Of a stretch of DNA of 26,213 bases, positions 16,025 through 25,588 are shown piece after piece; the first letter of the stretch is position 1; every line of letters begins with the position of its first letter. The notes below the pieces were generated by a model, which saw only the letters and a list, made by a program, of their open reading frames with translations, did no database searches and had not been told where the DNA came from. A program made the position numbers and the translations under genes. This DNA comes from Candidatus Thorarchaeota archaeon (GTDB taxonomy: Archaea > Asgardarchaeota > Thorarchaeia > Thorarchaeales > Thorarchaeaceae), in the NCBI GenBank assembly GCA_003345595.1, contig PRDI01000026.1, positions 1-26,213 on the forward strand. Reading direction: 5' to 3'.

Positions 16025-17656
16025 CTAGTACTCAACGACGACGTCGAGGGCAATGTTGTCTGCATGGTCCCCAATTCTCTCTAGGTTCCTAATGGTTTCA
16101 ACAAAGACTGTGTCGGCTTGAGGGCTACAGATCCCGGCTTCCATCCGTGCTATATGGCCATCTCTGAGTTCTCTCTCCATGGCATCAATCTGTTCTTCGA
16201 TCTTCTCAGCCTCTTTCGCCAGACTCTTGTCCCTCGTCTTCAATGATTCGAGTGCAATCGTATACATTTGCTCGGCGAGATGAAACATCCTCTCCAAGTC
16301 AGATATTCCGGTATTTGAGAAGACAATGCCTCTACTCACCTTGTCAAGTGCGAACTCGGCGATGTTAGTGGCAAGATCTCCTATCCTCTCAACGTCTACG
16401 TTGATGGCAAGGAGCTTCATACGCCACATTGAGTTCTTTTCGTTCAGTTGTTCCTCCTTAATCCTCCCGATGAACCTCTCAATCGCCAGACAGCTCTCGT
16501 TCACGTCATTCTCCATCTTGATTACTCGCTGAGCTCGCTCCACGTTTCGTTCGAGCAGCGCCACTCTGCTTGTCTGAAGCATCTCGAGGGTGATTGCGGC
16601 AGTCTTTGTGAGTTCCCGCTCGGCCTCGAAAAGTGCAGCCTGGGCGAAGTAAAGCATTTCATCATCGAAGAAACGCCTGCCTATCACCTCCCCTGGCTTG
16701 TCGTGAATGACGAACTCACAGAACTTCACAAGGAGCCCAACAAAGGGGATGAACAACAGACTGACTATCACGTTGAAGATAGTGTGGGCATTTGCTATCT
16801 CCCTTGGCAGGTCGGTGGAAGTCAGTGTGACGACATCTGCGAACACTCCAAGAAACGGAAAGAATATGGCAACACCCACGACGTTTATCATGGCCTGCGC
16901 AAGGGCAGTTCTTTTCGCAGGAGAGGTGGCGCCTATCCCGGCGAACAGCTCAAGAAAGCAGGTCCCTATGTTTGCTCCCAACACGAGCGCGATTGCGGCA
17001 GGGAGTCCGATGAGACCACCCCTTCCTAAGGCAATTACAAGTCCCACTGTGGCAGCACTGCTCTGCGTAATTCCTGCAATGGCTGCTCCGACGAAGACTC
17101 CCACGAGGGGATTCGATCCGAATGAGGCCATGATCTCCGCGAAGACTGGACCTGCAGCCTGGCTCATGAGCTGCTCTGCACCCTGTTTTATGAAGTCCAT
17201 GGCAAGGAAGAGCATACCCATACTGAAAGCGACATCGCCAATCAGCTTGTATCTCTCTTTCTTCGAAAGCTTGGAAACAATGAAGCCAATTGTCAACAGT
17301 GGCCAGAACGTCAAGCCGATATCGAAGGCAACTATCTGGGCGACAGCGGTTGTGCCGATCTCAGAACCCAACATGATATTTACAGACTGTCTGAAGCTCA
17401 GGATCCCCGCATTTACGAACCCAATCAGGGTCAGAACAGTAATGCTTGAGCTTTGAGTCAGAATGGTTGCGACGGTGCCGGCGCCCATCCCCTTCACAGG
17501 GTTGCTGGAAACCTTCTCTAGGATTCTTGTGACGCGCGCGCCGGAAACCTTCCCTAGGGTTTCTCTCATTAGGTACATGGCATACATGAAGAGGGCGAGA
17601 CCACCCACGATTCGGAACACTATGTCAATGGTCTGCCCTATGTCTATGCCTTGCAT
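16025..17656 (-). CDS. Na+/phosphate cotransporter family protein (NptA/YjbB-like) with C-terminal PhoU-like domains
   Basis: GGLALFMYAM, TQSSSITV, GSEIGTT, QSSAAT, GANIGT, IANAHTIFN. PhoU repeats VERIGDLATNIAE and LERIGDHADNIA. ORF open from 17722; ATG 17656 likely. Confidence 0.93.
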   Translation of the reverse strand: MQGIDIGQTIDIVFRIVGGLALFMYAMYLMRETLGKVSGARVTRILEKVSSNPVKGMGAGTVATILTQSSSITVLTLIGFVNAGILSFRQSVNIMLGSEIGTTAVAQIVAFDIGLTFWPLLTIGFIVSKLSKKERYKLIGDVAFSMGMLFLAMDFIKQGAEQLMSQAAGPVFAEIMASFGSNPLVGVFVGAAIAGITQSSAATVGLVIALGRGGLIGLPAAIALVLGANIGTCFLELFAGIGATSPAKRTALAQAMINVVGVAIFFPFLGVFADVVTLTSTDLPREIANAHTIFNVIVSLLFIPFVGLLVKFCEFVIHDKPGEVIGRRFFDDEMLYFAQAALFEAERELTKTAAITLEMLQTSRVALLERNVERAQRVIKMENDVNESCLAIERFIGRIKEEQLNEKNSMWRMKLLAINVDVERIGDLATNIAEFALDKVSRGIVFSNTGISDLERMFHLAEQMYTIALESLKTRDKSLAKEAEKIEEQIDAMERELRDGHIARMEAGICSPQADTVFVETIRNLERIGDHADNIALDVVVEY

Positions 17657-17741
17657 CTTGATATGAACGGTCCCGGAATCCTGCATATGAAAGTTTGGGA
17701 TGGCAGATGCTATGGCACGCAATGGTCAGCCGAGGGTGGTT

Positions 17742-19140
17742 TCAAAGCACTGCCTTTGCAGACGCCTCTAGTTCCTGCACGCTGACTCTGGGCTCAATGC
17801 TCTTTCTGACCAATACTATCAGAATAGTGACGTTGAGAAGCAGTGCCATGTATAGAAGAGGAACCCCCCGGTACAGCTCGTAAATCACGCCTGCTGGAAT
17901 GGGCCCGACTGTGACGAACAGCAGGACCACGACAGTAGTAAGGCTGAGCATCTTGCCCAAATCCTGGCGCGGCAATGACTTCTGTGTATGTATTGATTAC
18001 ACTGAACCACAGGACATCGTTGATGGATTTGACGGCAGTGGCAATGAAGGCAAGCGAGAAGATGACACTCAGGCCAGGATAGATAGAGTCGGCTATGGTT
18101 ATCCATTCTGATGGTGCCACATACGGGACTGACTGAGCGAGTATGAGGAGACCTATCGCCACAGGCATGACGGAGTAGACCACGGTGGTGAGTCTACGTC
18201 CGCCATGCTTATCGAAGAACCGGCCCAGAAGTAGTGTCAGTGGGATAGAGATCGTCAATGTGAGCAGCATCATGAGGTTGATGTCAGCGATTCCGAAGCT
18301 CAGGGTTTCATTGACATAGTACAGGCTGCTGAAACCATAGAGCGTGTCACTGAGAGCATCCAGTGAGAGAACGGCGATGAAGACTGGAAAGACCTTGACA
18401 AGAGTCCTCAGCCCTCTCACATTCTCCCTGAGGAAGTCTCTCACTATATTCTTAGAACAATCCGGCCTCTTCTGTCCAGATGTCGGATCCAGCCACACGA
18501 TTCTGATAGCTGCGCAGACGATGTATGCAACACCAGAAACAAAAAACATGATTCTCATCACGGCCACGAATGTGTGTCCGATGTTCAATAGGACCCCTAA
18601 TGCGAACAACGGGACTAGGCCGAAGACTGTGCCTAACGTGAACAGGCTCATGGCGACCCCTCCATGACGCCTATCGATCTGTTCCATTATGTAGGCTGTC
18701 CCGCCCTTCCCTGTGAATGATGATATGGCAAACATCAGCCAAGCGATGGCAATCGACCAGATGTCGAATGCAAACACGAACAAGAAGTAGCCAACCCCGT
18801 TGATGGCCATCGTCACGGATGCCAGTTTCTTTCGATCATAGTTATCAGCGAGGTAGCCAGAAACAAACTCGCCAATCAGAACGGCTACCCCCACTCCTGA
18901 CGATAGCACGCCAATCAGAACATATGTCAGGCCAAGGTCTCTGAAGTAGAGGTTGAAGTACCGGTTTACAACCTGTACGCTCGAGTAAATCCAGCTCGTG
19001 ATTAGGAAGATTGTGAAGTTCTTGTTCTACAACGTTGCCCGTACGGACTGTGTCCAAGTTGTTTCGGTAATCTGTGTTCCGGCCTGCACATCAGCAGCGG
19101 AGGTTGTGTCAGTTTCTCTCTGAGCGTTCGTGTAGGCCAC
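17742..19140 (-). pseudogene. MFS transporter disrupted by an in-frame TAG (19027-19029) and a frameshift (about 17985)
   Basis: GTG 19140 follows GGTGA. The frame reads ...SVRATL*NKNFTIFLITSW...YFNLYFRDLG...SGYLADNYDRKK (MFS motif A). After ...SVINTY the MFS-like C-terminus QKSLPRQDLGKMLSL...GPIPAGVIYE continues in a different frame to TGA at 17742-17744. Confidence 0.8.
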
Positions 19141-19310
19141 AAGATTCACCTGCTACTGCCTTGACGGATTCAGTCGTCATTACCGACCCGCCTTTGGGGT
19201 CGATATCAGTATGTCTGTTCGAGCATGAATCAAGGGATGAGGAGCTTCAGGCAAGGCTCCGAAAGGCAAGGGCATAATACCAAGGGATGAATCAGGGCAG
19301 TGCGCCCCGC

Positions 19311-19318
19311 GTTAAATG
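19311..19318 (+). promoter_or_regulatory. Putative TATA box GTTAAATG
   Basis: About 25 nt upstream of the TTG start at 19339. Confidence 0.4.
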
Positions 19319-19338
19319 GAACAAGGAAGGTATGAGCG

Positions 19339-20424
19339 TTGTCAAGCGATGTCTACGAACTGCTAGCGGCCACGTTGAACAAGATTCCGCTTGGGTTTCC
19401 TTCTGTAGAGGATGGAACGCATCTGAAACTGCTCAAGTGGATATTCACCCCGAAGGAGGCCGAGATTGCTAGACAGATGAAGCTCAGAGGTGAAACGGCG
19501 GAAGAGCTAGCGAGTCGACTTGGACGGCCGCTCGAAGGCTTACGAGAGCTGCTGGAAGTCATGGCTACGAAGGGCCAGATACGTGCATGGAACTCAAGCA
19601 CGGGCCGGCGGTATGCTCTGCTCGTCTTTGTCGGAGGAATCTGGGAGAACCAGCTCAAGAGAATGGATAGGAGATACGCTCGACTTGCTGAGGATTATTT
19701 CAACAAGACTCATTGCAGAGGGTTGTTTGACACTGAACCCGCGCTCTTCAGAGTGATTCCAATCAATCGCGTTATTCGTCCTGAGCTGGAGGTGTACCCG
19801 TACGAAATTGCAGAAGGCATGATTGGGAGTGCGAAGTCTTGGGGACTAAGGGACTGCATGTGCAAGAAACAGAAAGAAGCTGTGGGAGAGCCTTGCAGGT
19901 TTCCATCTTCGGTCTGCATTCTCATCAATCCGAACAAGGAAAATGCGTACAAGGGCGACTCATTCACCAAGGCTATCACAAAGGAGCGTGCGCTTGAAGT
20001 CCTTCGCCATGCTGAGGAAGCGGGGCTGATTCATTGCTCAATGAATGTGCAGACAGGACAATCCTACATATGCAATTGCTGCACCTGTTGTTGTCTTATG
20101 CTCAGAAGCCTTGTAAAATGGAAACAACCGCATGCCTTCATCAAGTCGAACTATGTCGCACATGTTGACGAGAGCTCTTGCATCGGCTGTGCTGAGTGCA
20201 ACGACAGATGCCAGTTCGGCGCTTTGAGCGTCCCTGAGAGCGTTTGTGAGGTCGACCCGAATCTATGCGTGGGCTGCGGCGTCTGTGGCATTGCATGCAA
20301 ACAGCACGCTCTGAGTCTAGCTTCAAGAAGCACGCAAGAGCGGACAACGCCTCCAACATCCGTACAGGAGTGGGGGGTCCAGAAAGCAGCCTCTAGGGGT
20401 ATTGACTCGTCTGATCTGATCTAG
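19339..20424 (+). CDS. Iron-sulfur protein: N-terminal HTH-like segment, Cys-rich core, C-terminal 2x[4Fe-4S] ferredoxin domain
   Basis: ETAEELASRLG...LEVMATKGQI (HTH-like); DCMCKKQ...C...C; ICNCCTCCC; CIGCAECNDRCQFGA and CVGCGVCGIACKQHA. Confidence 0.9.
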   Translation: MSSDVYELLAATLNKIPLGFPSVEDGTHLKLLKWIFTPKEAEIARQMKLRGETAEELASRLGRPLEGLRELLEVMATKGQIRAWNSSTGRRYALLVFVGGIWENQLKRMDRRYARLAEDYFNKTHCRGLFDTEPALFRVIPINRVIRPELEVYPYEIAEGMIGSAKSWGLRDCMCKKQKEAVGEPCRFPSSVCILINPNKENAYKGDSFTKAITKERALEVLRHAEEAGLIHCSMNVQTGQSYICNCCTCCCLMLRSLVKWKQPHAFIKSNYVAHVDESSCIGCAECNDRCQFGALSVPESVCEVDPNLCVGCGVCGIACKQHALSLASRSTQERTTPPTSVQEWGVQKAASRGIDSSDLI

Positions 20425-20562
20425 GCTGGGAGTGATCACCGTGAGGTCAAGACAGGATGCTTCCTTCGAGTCTACTCTTCAGAATCCGGCTTATGTGAAT
20501 GTACCCCTGCAACGAGCACTTGTCCATCTGCGACAGAGCCGTTCTGAATACCGCGAATCACG

Positions 20563-21159
20563 TCAACATGAGGTCGCCATCGAAGTAGTCAAGCGTTTCT
20601 GATAAGCAAGGACGCATATCACCCATGACACTAGTCCTGCTCCTATCAACACCAGTCCGACAGTCTGAGCCTCTTCGAAGCCAGCGAGCGGCAGACATAC
20701 TGGCGCATCTGCATGACTGACAGTCATACTATTGTAGTACACTGTCACGGTCGTGTTCTCCCCTTCCCAGTGCAGAAACACGCTGAAGTTCTGAAAGGGA
20801 AGACTCGCTAATGGCTCCTCGGTTGGCATGGTGGGTATACTGCCCATCTCATCACCTGTCACGTTTGCGAGGTTCAACAAGATGCCGCCTACCTCGCTAG
20901 AAACCACTACTGAGATGACCTTCTCCTCCGTGTCGATGTGACTGATTCTGAGGCCTTGTCCCTGCACCACGATGACCGCCAAGGGATCTGCTGATGTCAG
21001 ATTCACGCTGAACGACGCGATATCCCCCGAATCCCATGAGGAGTCAACGGGTCCAAGACCGCAGGTGACGAATCTTGTGCTGTACTCAAATGCAAGAAGC
21101 CCCGGCGCAAGAAGCACTGGGAGCAGTATGACAAACAGAAGTCCCCTCTCCGAGTTCAT
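20563..21159 (-). CDS. Hypothetical exported or membrane-anchored protein (N-terminal signal/TM, C-terminal TM)
   Basis: Hydrophobic N-terminus GLLFVILLPVLLAPGLLA, beta-rich middle, C-terminal VGLVLIGAGLVSWVICVLAY followed by KR. Confidence 0.7.
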   Translation of the reverse strand: MNSERGLLFVILLPVLLAPGLLAFEYSTRFVTCGLGPVDSSWDSGDIASFSVNLTSADPLAVIVVQGQGLRISHIDTEEKVISVVVSSEVGGILLNLANVTGDEMGSIPTMPTEEPLASLPFQNFSVFLHWEGENTTVTVYYNSMTVSHADAPVCLPLAGFEEAQTVGLVLIGAGLVSWVICVLAYQKRLTTSMATSC

Positions 21160-21386
21160 GGCACGCAATTATGACTCTTTTCGGGATATGCCTTCTCGTG
21201 CCATTCTGCACACAACAGGCAGTTTCCCGCCTGTTAGGGACCAGATGAATCAGTGTCTGGCCAATTGTCACTCACCTCGGCACAAGAACAAAAAGCATTT
21301 CAGTATCTGCCGACTGTCGTTTGTCGGGAACGAGCTGGGAGTGTGCTTCTCGTTCTGCGTTGCCAGCTTTAGGTGGTTCTGTTCTG

Positions 21387-22253
21387 ATGAGAAGAGTCGA
21401 GATCGTGCTTTCGAAGGAGGCATTTGCTCCTGGGGAGAGGATTGATGGAAAAGTCGTGTCAATATGTGACAGGAGCTTCGACTGCAATAGGGTGACCCTC
21501 TCGTTACGTGGGGAAGAAATGAGTAGGATTGTCCACGGTTCCGGGAAAAGTTCTCACGTACATATGGAGAAGAAGGAGCATATCAGCGAGGAGATGGAAC
21601 TTCTCGGGCCCTGCGAAGTGCCCGAGGGTGAGAATGCCTGTGAATTCAGTCTGGTCCTCCCGGAACACCTACCCGCGTCTTTCGCCGGAACGTACAGCCA
21701 CATTGAGTACGTCATGAAGGCCAACATCGAAATCTCTCGAGCACTTGATCAGGGGTGCAAGAAGATGATCTTTGTGCAGCGTACGCTACCACCCTTGATA
21801 CCTTCAGAGAACAAAGGAGTAATCGAGCAGGATGGGACCCCGATTGTGTCAGTCGAACTTGAGAAAGACATCGTACAACCGGGGCAGATACTCCCTGTAA
21901 GGTTCATGGTTTCTGGTGACCAGAAGTTCCGAGCGGTCCGAATGCAGATCATCACACGTGAGTCTGTGGCCCCGAATGGCAACCATGCACAATACGATAA
22001 CGCTCTTGTAGAGGCATATCGTCGGAAAGAGGACATAAATCAGGAAACTTGGAATGAGATAGCTCTGGAGGTGCCACTGCACTGCATTCCTCCCTTCAAG
22101 ACGGACCTAATCGATTTCACATACTGGCTCAAGGCCACACTCGACATCGCGTGGCAGTTCGACAAGGTTCTGTTCATGCCTCTCCGCTTCTCTCTCGAGT
22201 ATCGTGAACCGGACGACAGCGAGGGGCACATGAAACCTAAGTTCTGGTCATGA
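21387..22253 (+). CDS. Arrestin-fold protein (alpha-arrestin/Vps26/SpoOM clan; tandem N and C beta-sandwiches)
   Basis: Arrestin-N pattern: FAPGERIDGKV...VTLSLRGEE...FSLVLPEHLPASFAGTYSHIEYVMKANI. Arrestin-C pattern: VSVELEKDIVQPGQILPV...IPPFKTDLIDFTYWLKATLDI. ATG 21387 follows AGGTGG. Confidence 0.82.
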   Translation: MRRVEIVLSKEAFAPGERIDGKVVSICDRSFDCNRVTLSLRGEEMSRIVHGSGKSSHVHMEKKEHISEEMELLGPCEVPEGENACEFSLVLPEHLPASFAGTYSHIEYVMKANIEISRALDQGCKKMIFVQRTLPPLIPSENKGVIEQDGTPIVSVELEKDIVQPGQILPVRFMVSGDQKFRAVRMQIITRESVAPNGNHAQYDNALVEAYRRKEDINQETWNEIALEVPLHCIPPFKTDLIDFTYWLKATLDIAWQFDKVLFMPLRFSLEYREPDDSEGHMKPKFWS

Positions 22254-22376
22254 ATCGGCAGCAGTCTGCATGCGAATAGCCGCTGGAGCGCAGATTCAAT
22301 CGTCTCGGAATGGATAAATCCTACCGCGCAAAGGATACTCTTTCAGTCTTGGAGAGAGCACCGAGGAGAGGTATCA

Positions 22377-24101
22377 TTGACGAAGTTCACCGGCGGCGAG
22401 ATTCTGACGAAATGCCTGATTGAAGAGGGTGTGAAGTATGTCTTTGGCGTTCCCGGAGACCAGCTCTACCCCCTGCTGGATGCAATTGGCAGATCGGGCA
22501 AGATTCAGTTTGTGACGTTTCGACATGAGCAGGCGGCTGCACACGCGGCAGACGCGTGGGCTAGGACCACAGGAGAACCCGGGGTGTGCCTAGGGACAGT
22601 TGGACCCGGAGCGGCTGACCTTGTGCCCGGAGTGTACGCCGCTTTCGCAGACAGCATCCCAATGATTGTGCTCTGCGCCCAGAATCAGTCATGGCGCATC
22701 TATCCGGATCATGGGAGCACACAAGGGCTGGACCAGATTGACCTGTTCCGTCCAATCACGAAGTGGAGGGCAAACATATCTCACTGGCAGAGGATTCCAC
22801 ATTTAGTCCACTGGGCATTTAGAGAGGCGACATCTGGGCGACCGGGACCGGTCCACTTGGACATCCCGTCCGATGTGCTCTACCTCAAGTGTGAAGATAG
22901 TATGCTGGAAGACGGCGTGGTTTCTCGTGATAGATATCGTATGACACGACCTCCTATTGGAGACCCCGAACTCATCAGGAGAGCAGCCAAGATGCTGCTT
23001 GAGGCGAAGTTTCCACTACTCCACGCAGGAGGGGGCGTGCTGGCCTCTGCTGCATCGAGAGAACTGATCGACCTAGCCGAGCAGCTTCAGGCGCCTGTCA
23101 CAACATCAGTCTGGGCAAGAGGTGCAATCCCTGAAGATCATCCGCTGTCACTGTTTCCAGCTGGTTTTGGGGCTATCGCTGCGCAGAGCCAGGCCGACGT
23201 CGTGCTACTTGTCGGCGGCAGACTCGGAGACCTCGACTTCTGGGGCAGACCTCCGGCATGGGGCGAAAGTGCCAAGCAGAAGCTCATTCAGATTGACATC
23301 GCTCCTGAGATGATTGCCCACAACCGAATTGTCGACCTTCCCATAGTTGGCGATGCCAAGAGCACACTTTCAGAGATACTGAAGCTCATCAAGGCGAAGC
23401 CGAAGGCAAAACCAAGACCCGAAATGAAGGACTGTCGCGAAGCGCAGGAAAGCTGGCTCGCTGACTACATTCAGCAGGGCAAGTCCGATCAAGTGCCAAT
23501 CCATCCCCTAAGAATGATTCAGGACGTACGTGACTTCTTTCCACGTGATGCCATCTCGATCGTGGATGGAGGCAACATCGCTGTTTGGGCCGTGTACCTG
23601 AACCGGATATATGAACCGCGGACCTTTCTCTGGCCGTCTGACTCAGGGCATCTGGGCGTGGGAACTGGCTATGCGATTGGTTCCAAGTTAGCTCACCCCG
23701 AGAAAGAGGTCTACGTCATCTCTGGGGATGGTGCGTTCATGTTCAACGTCCAAGAGCTAGAAACCATGAGACGGCTGAAACTGCCCCTCACAATGATCAT
23801 TGCGGATGACAGAGCCTATGGCATGATAAAAGCGGGACAGAAGGGTCTCTATGAAGCGAGATATGTAGGTGTCGACTTCATTGACATCAGATATGACAAG
23901 ATTGCCGAAGGGATGGGGTGCTTCGGTGTTCGTGTGGAGAAACCCGGTGACCTGAAGCCCGCACTTGATAGAGCCAAGGCCTCTGGGCTCCCCGCTGTAA
24001 TAGACGTCGTCATCGATCCTGATGTCAACCTGGCACCACCCGACTTCGAATCAGTGGCCTCTGTCTGGTTGGAAGGCTGCCAGCTGCCAGGTGGTGACTA
24101 G
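22377..24101 (+). CDS. Thiamine diphosphate-dependent enzyme (acetolactate synthase-like superfamily; closest by motif to 2-hydroxyacyl-CoA lyase/ILVBL type)
   Basis: VFGVPG, RHEQAAAHAADAWAR (catalytic Glu), GPG, SGRPGPVHLDIP, DGGN, GHLGVGTGYAIG, GDGAFMFNVQE...ADD. Confidence 0.92.
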   Translation: MTKFTGGEILTKCLIEEGVKYVFGVPGDQLYPLLDAIGRSGKIQFVTFRHEQAAAHAADAWARTTGEPGVCLGTVGPGAADLVPGVYAAFADSIPMIVLCAQNQSWRIYPDHGSTQGLDQIDLFRPITKWRANISHWQRIPHLVHWAFREATSGRPGPVHLDIPSDVLYLKCEDSMLEDGVVSRDRYRMTRPPIGDPELIRRAAKMLLEAKFPLLHAGGGVLASAASRELIDLAEQLQAPVTTSVWARGAIPEDHPLSLFPAGFGAIAAQSQADVVLLVGGRLGDLDFWGRPPAWGESAKQKLIQIDIAPEMIAHNRIVDLPIVGDAKSTLSEILKLIKAKPKAKPRPEMKDCREAQESWLADYIQQGKSDQVPIHPLRMIQDVRDFFPRDAISIVDGGNIAVWAVYLNRIYEPRTFLWPSDSGHLGVGTGYAIGSKLAHPEKEVYVISGDGAFMFNVQELETMRRLKLPLTMIIADDRAYGMIKAGQKGLYEARYVGVDFIDIRYDKIAEGMGCFGVRVEKPGDLKPALDRAKASGLPAVIDVVIDPDVNLAPPDFESVASVWLEGCQLPGGD

Positions 24102-25115
24102 TTGCGGGCTGCAGTCTATGAAGGCACTCGGGAGCTCTATGTCAGAGAAGTTTCGGAGCCCACGGTGGGCCCACATGATGTCCTTCTGAAACCGAAGTAT
24201 GTGGGCATATGTGGAAGTGACTTGAACGCATGGCAATATGGTATGTTCGAGCCAGGTGTCATAATTGGGCACGAGTTCTCAGCAGAGATTGTCGGCGTCG
24301 GGAGAGAAGTCGCCGCGTGGTCAATCGGCGACCGGGTGGTGCCCAACTCCCTCATTCCATGTGGAGAGTGCAAGTTCTGCTCTCAACAGAAACACTCTCT
24401 CTGCGAGAACATGCAGATGGTCGGGATCTCAATGAACGGGGGCATGGCCGACCTAGTTTCACTGCCGGAGAGCACTCTCTACCATCTACCGAAGTCCATC
24501 GACGACAAGATGGGCGCAATGGTCGAGCCTCTCGCCGTTGTGCTTAGGGCCTTTGAACGGGCACGATTCGCTAAGGGCGTGAGTGTCTTGATACTGGGGG
24601 CCGGACCTATTGGTCTTCTCTCTCTGCTAGTTGCGAAGGAAAAAGGAGCTGGACGAGTTCTCGTGTCTGAGGTCAAGCCGCCTCGGCTAAGCTTGGCAAA
24701 GAGCTTGGGGGCCGACGATATAGTGAACCCGCTGCAAGAGTCAATCTCGCTGCGCCTCGAGAGCCTGACCAAGGCGCAGGGGACTGACCTTGTCGTCGAA
24801 TGTACTGGCGCACCCGGTCCCAGCTCAGAAACTTTCAGACTTGTGAAGAGAGGGGGAACGATACTTGTGCTTGGAATCTGCGAGGAGCCGGTAGAAGCAG
24901 ACTTCATGACCGGAGTTCTAAATGAGCTCAGTATACAGTTCAGCTATCTCGGATATGCCGAGTTTCCAAAAGCTATCAGGCTCATCTCGAGCGGGAGGGT
25001 CAACCCTGCTCCACTAGTCACGAGAGTAATCCCGCTGGAACGCGTTGTTGAGGATGGGTTCGAGTTGCTTACTGGCCCAAGCAGCTCGGATGTCAAGGTA
25101 CTTGTACAGATATGA
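24102..25115 (+). CDS. Zinc-dependent alcohol dehydrogenase (MDR; butanediol/sorbitol dehydrogenase-like)
   Basis: GICGSD, GHEFS, structural Zn site CGECKFC...C, VEPLAV, GAGPIG. TTG start directly after the upstream TAG. Confidence 0.93.
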   Translation: MRAAVYEGTRELYVREVSEPTVGPHDVLLKPKYVGICGSDLNAWQYGMFEPGVIIGHEFSAEIVGVGREVAAWSIGDRVVPNSLIPCGECKFCSQQKHSLCENMQMVGISMNGGMADLVSLPESTLYHLPKSIDDKMGAMVEPLAVVLRAFERARFAKGVSVLILGAGPIGLLSLLVAKEKGAGRVLVSEVKPPRLSLAKSLGADDIVNPLQESISLRLESLTKAQGTDLVVECTGAPGPSSETFRLVKRGGTILVLGICEEPVEADFMTGVLNELSIQFSYLGYAEFPKAIRLISSGRVNPAPLVTRVIPLERVVEDGFELLTGPSSSDVKVLVQI

Positions 25116-25132
25116 CAGGAGGATATGTTGCG

Positions 25133-25567
25133 ATGGCAAACAGGTTGAAACTGGCCAGTGATGAATACTTGGCTGAGTTCGAGAAGAGAATCAACGCTGA
25201 CAAACAGTACGCAGAATTGGGAAAGACAGTAGACGATTCCTACACGCTAGTGCTGCAGGCTGATCCTGACAAGGGAATCAGTGAAACAACCACGGTCGGC
25301 TTTGTGATAAAGGGGGGGAAGCTGAGCGAGATGTGGAAAGGCGAACGTGAAACATCCTTCATCCTGAGCGCTCCCTATGGTGTCTGGGTCGACATACTAC
25401 TGGGCAGGATAGGAGCGAACAGGGCCTTCATAACACGGAAACTGAAGATTGTGGGTAATATGCCTCGACTGCTGAAGACGGCTAAGGCCACCGACCGTCT
25501 CGTTGAAGTCTTGAGGACCGTGCCGACAGAGTTCAATGGCAAGTACGTCGATCAGTCATTCGGATAG
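25133..25567 (+). CDS. SCP2 sterol/lipid-binding domain protein
   Basis: INADKQYAE..., FILSAPYGVWVDILLGRI...AFITRKLKIVGNMPRLLK, matching the SCP2 C-terminal AFxxGKLKIxGxxxxLLK pattern. Alternative ATG at 25112 overlaps the ADH stop. Confidence 0.82.
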   Translation: MANRLKLASDEYLAEFEKRINADKQYAELGKTVDDSYTLVLQADPDKGISETTTVGFVIKGGKLSEMWKGERETSFILSAPYGVWVDILLGRIGANRAFITRKLKIVGNMPRLLKTAKATDRLVEVLRTVPTEFNGKYVDQSFG

Positions 25568-25588
25568 GCCTGTGACGTCTGCGGGTCC

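Noticed and set aside
16326-17666. Long + strand ORFs (e.g. 16707-17456, 249 aa; 16448-17029, 193 aa)
   Set aside because: Antisense shadows of the well-supported Na/Pi cotransporter; no recognisable motifs.
20972-21445. 157-aa + strand ORF spanning the gap before the arrestin-like gene
   Set aside because: Overlaps two better-supported genes and has no recognisable features.
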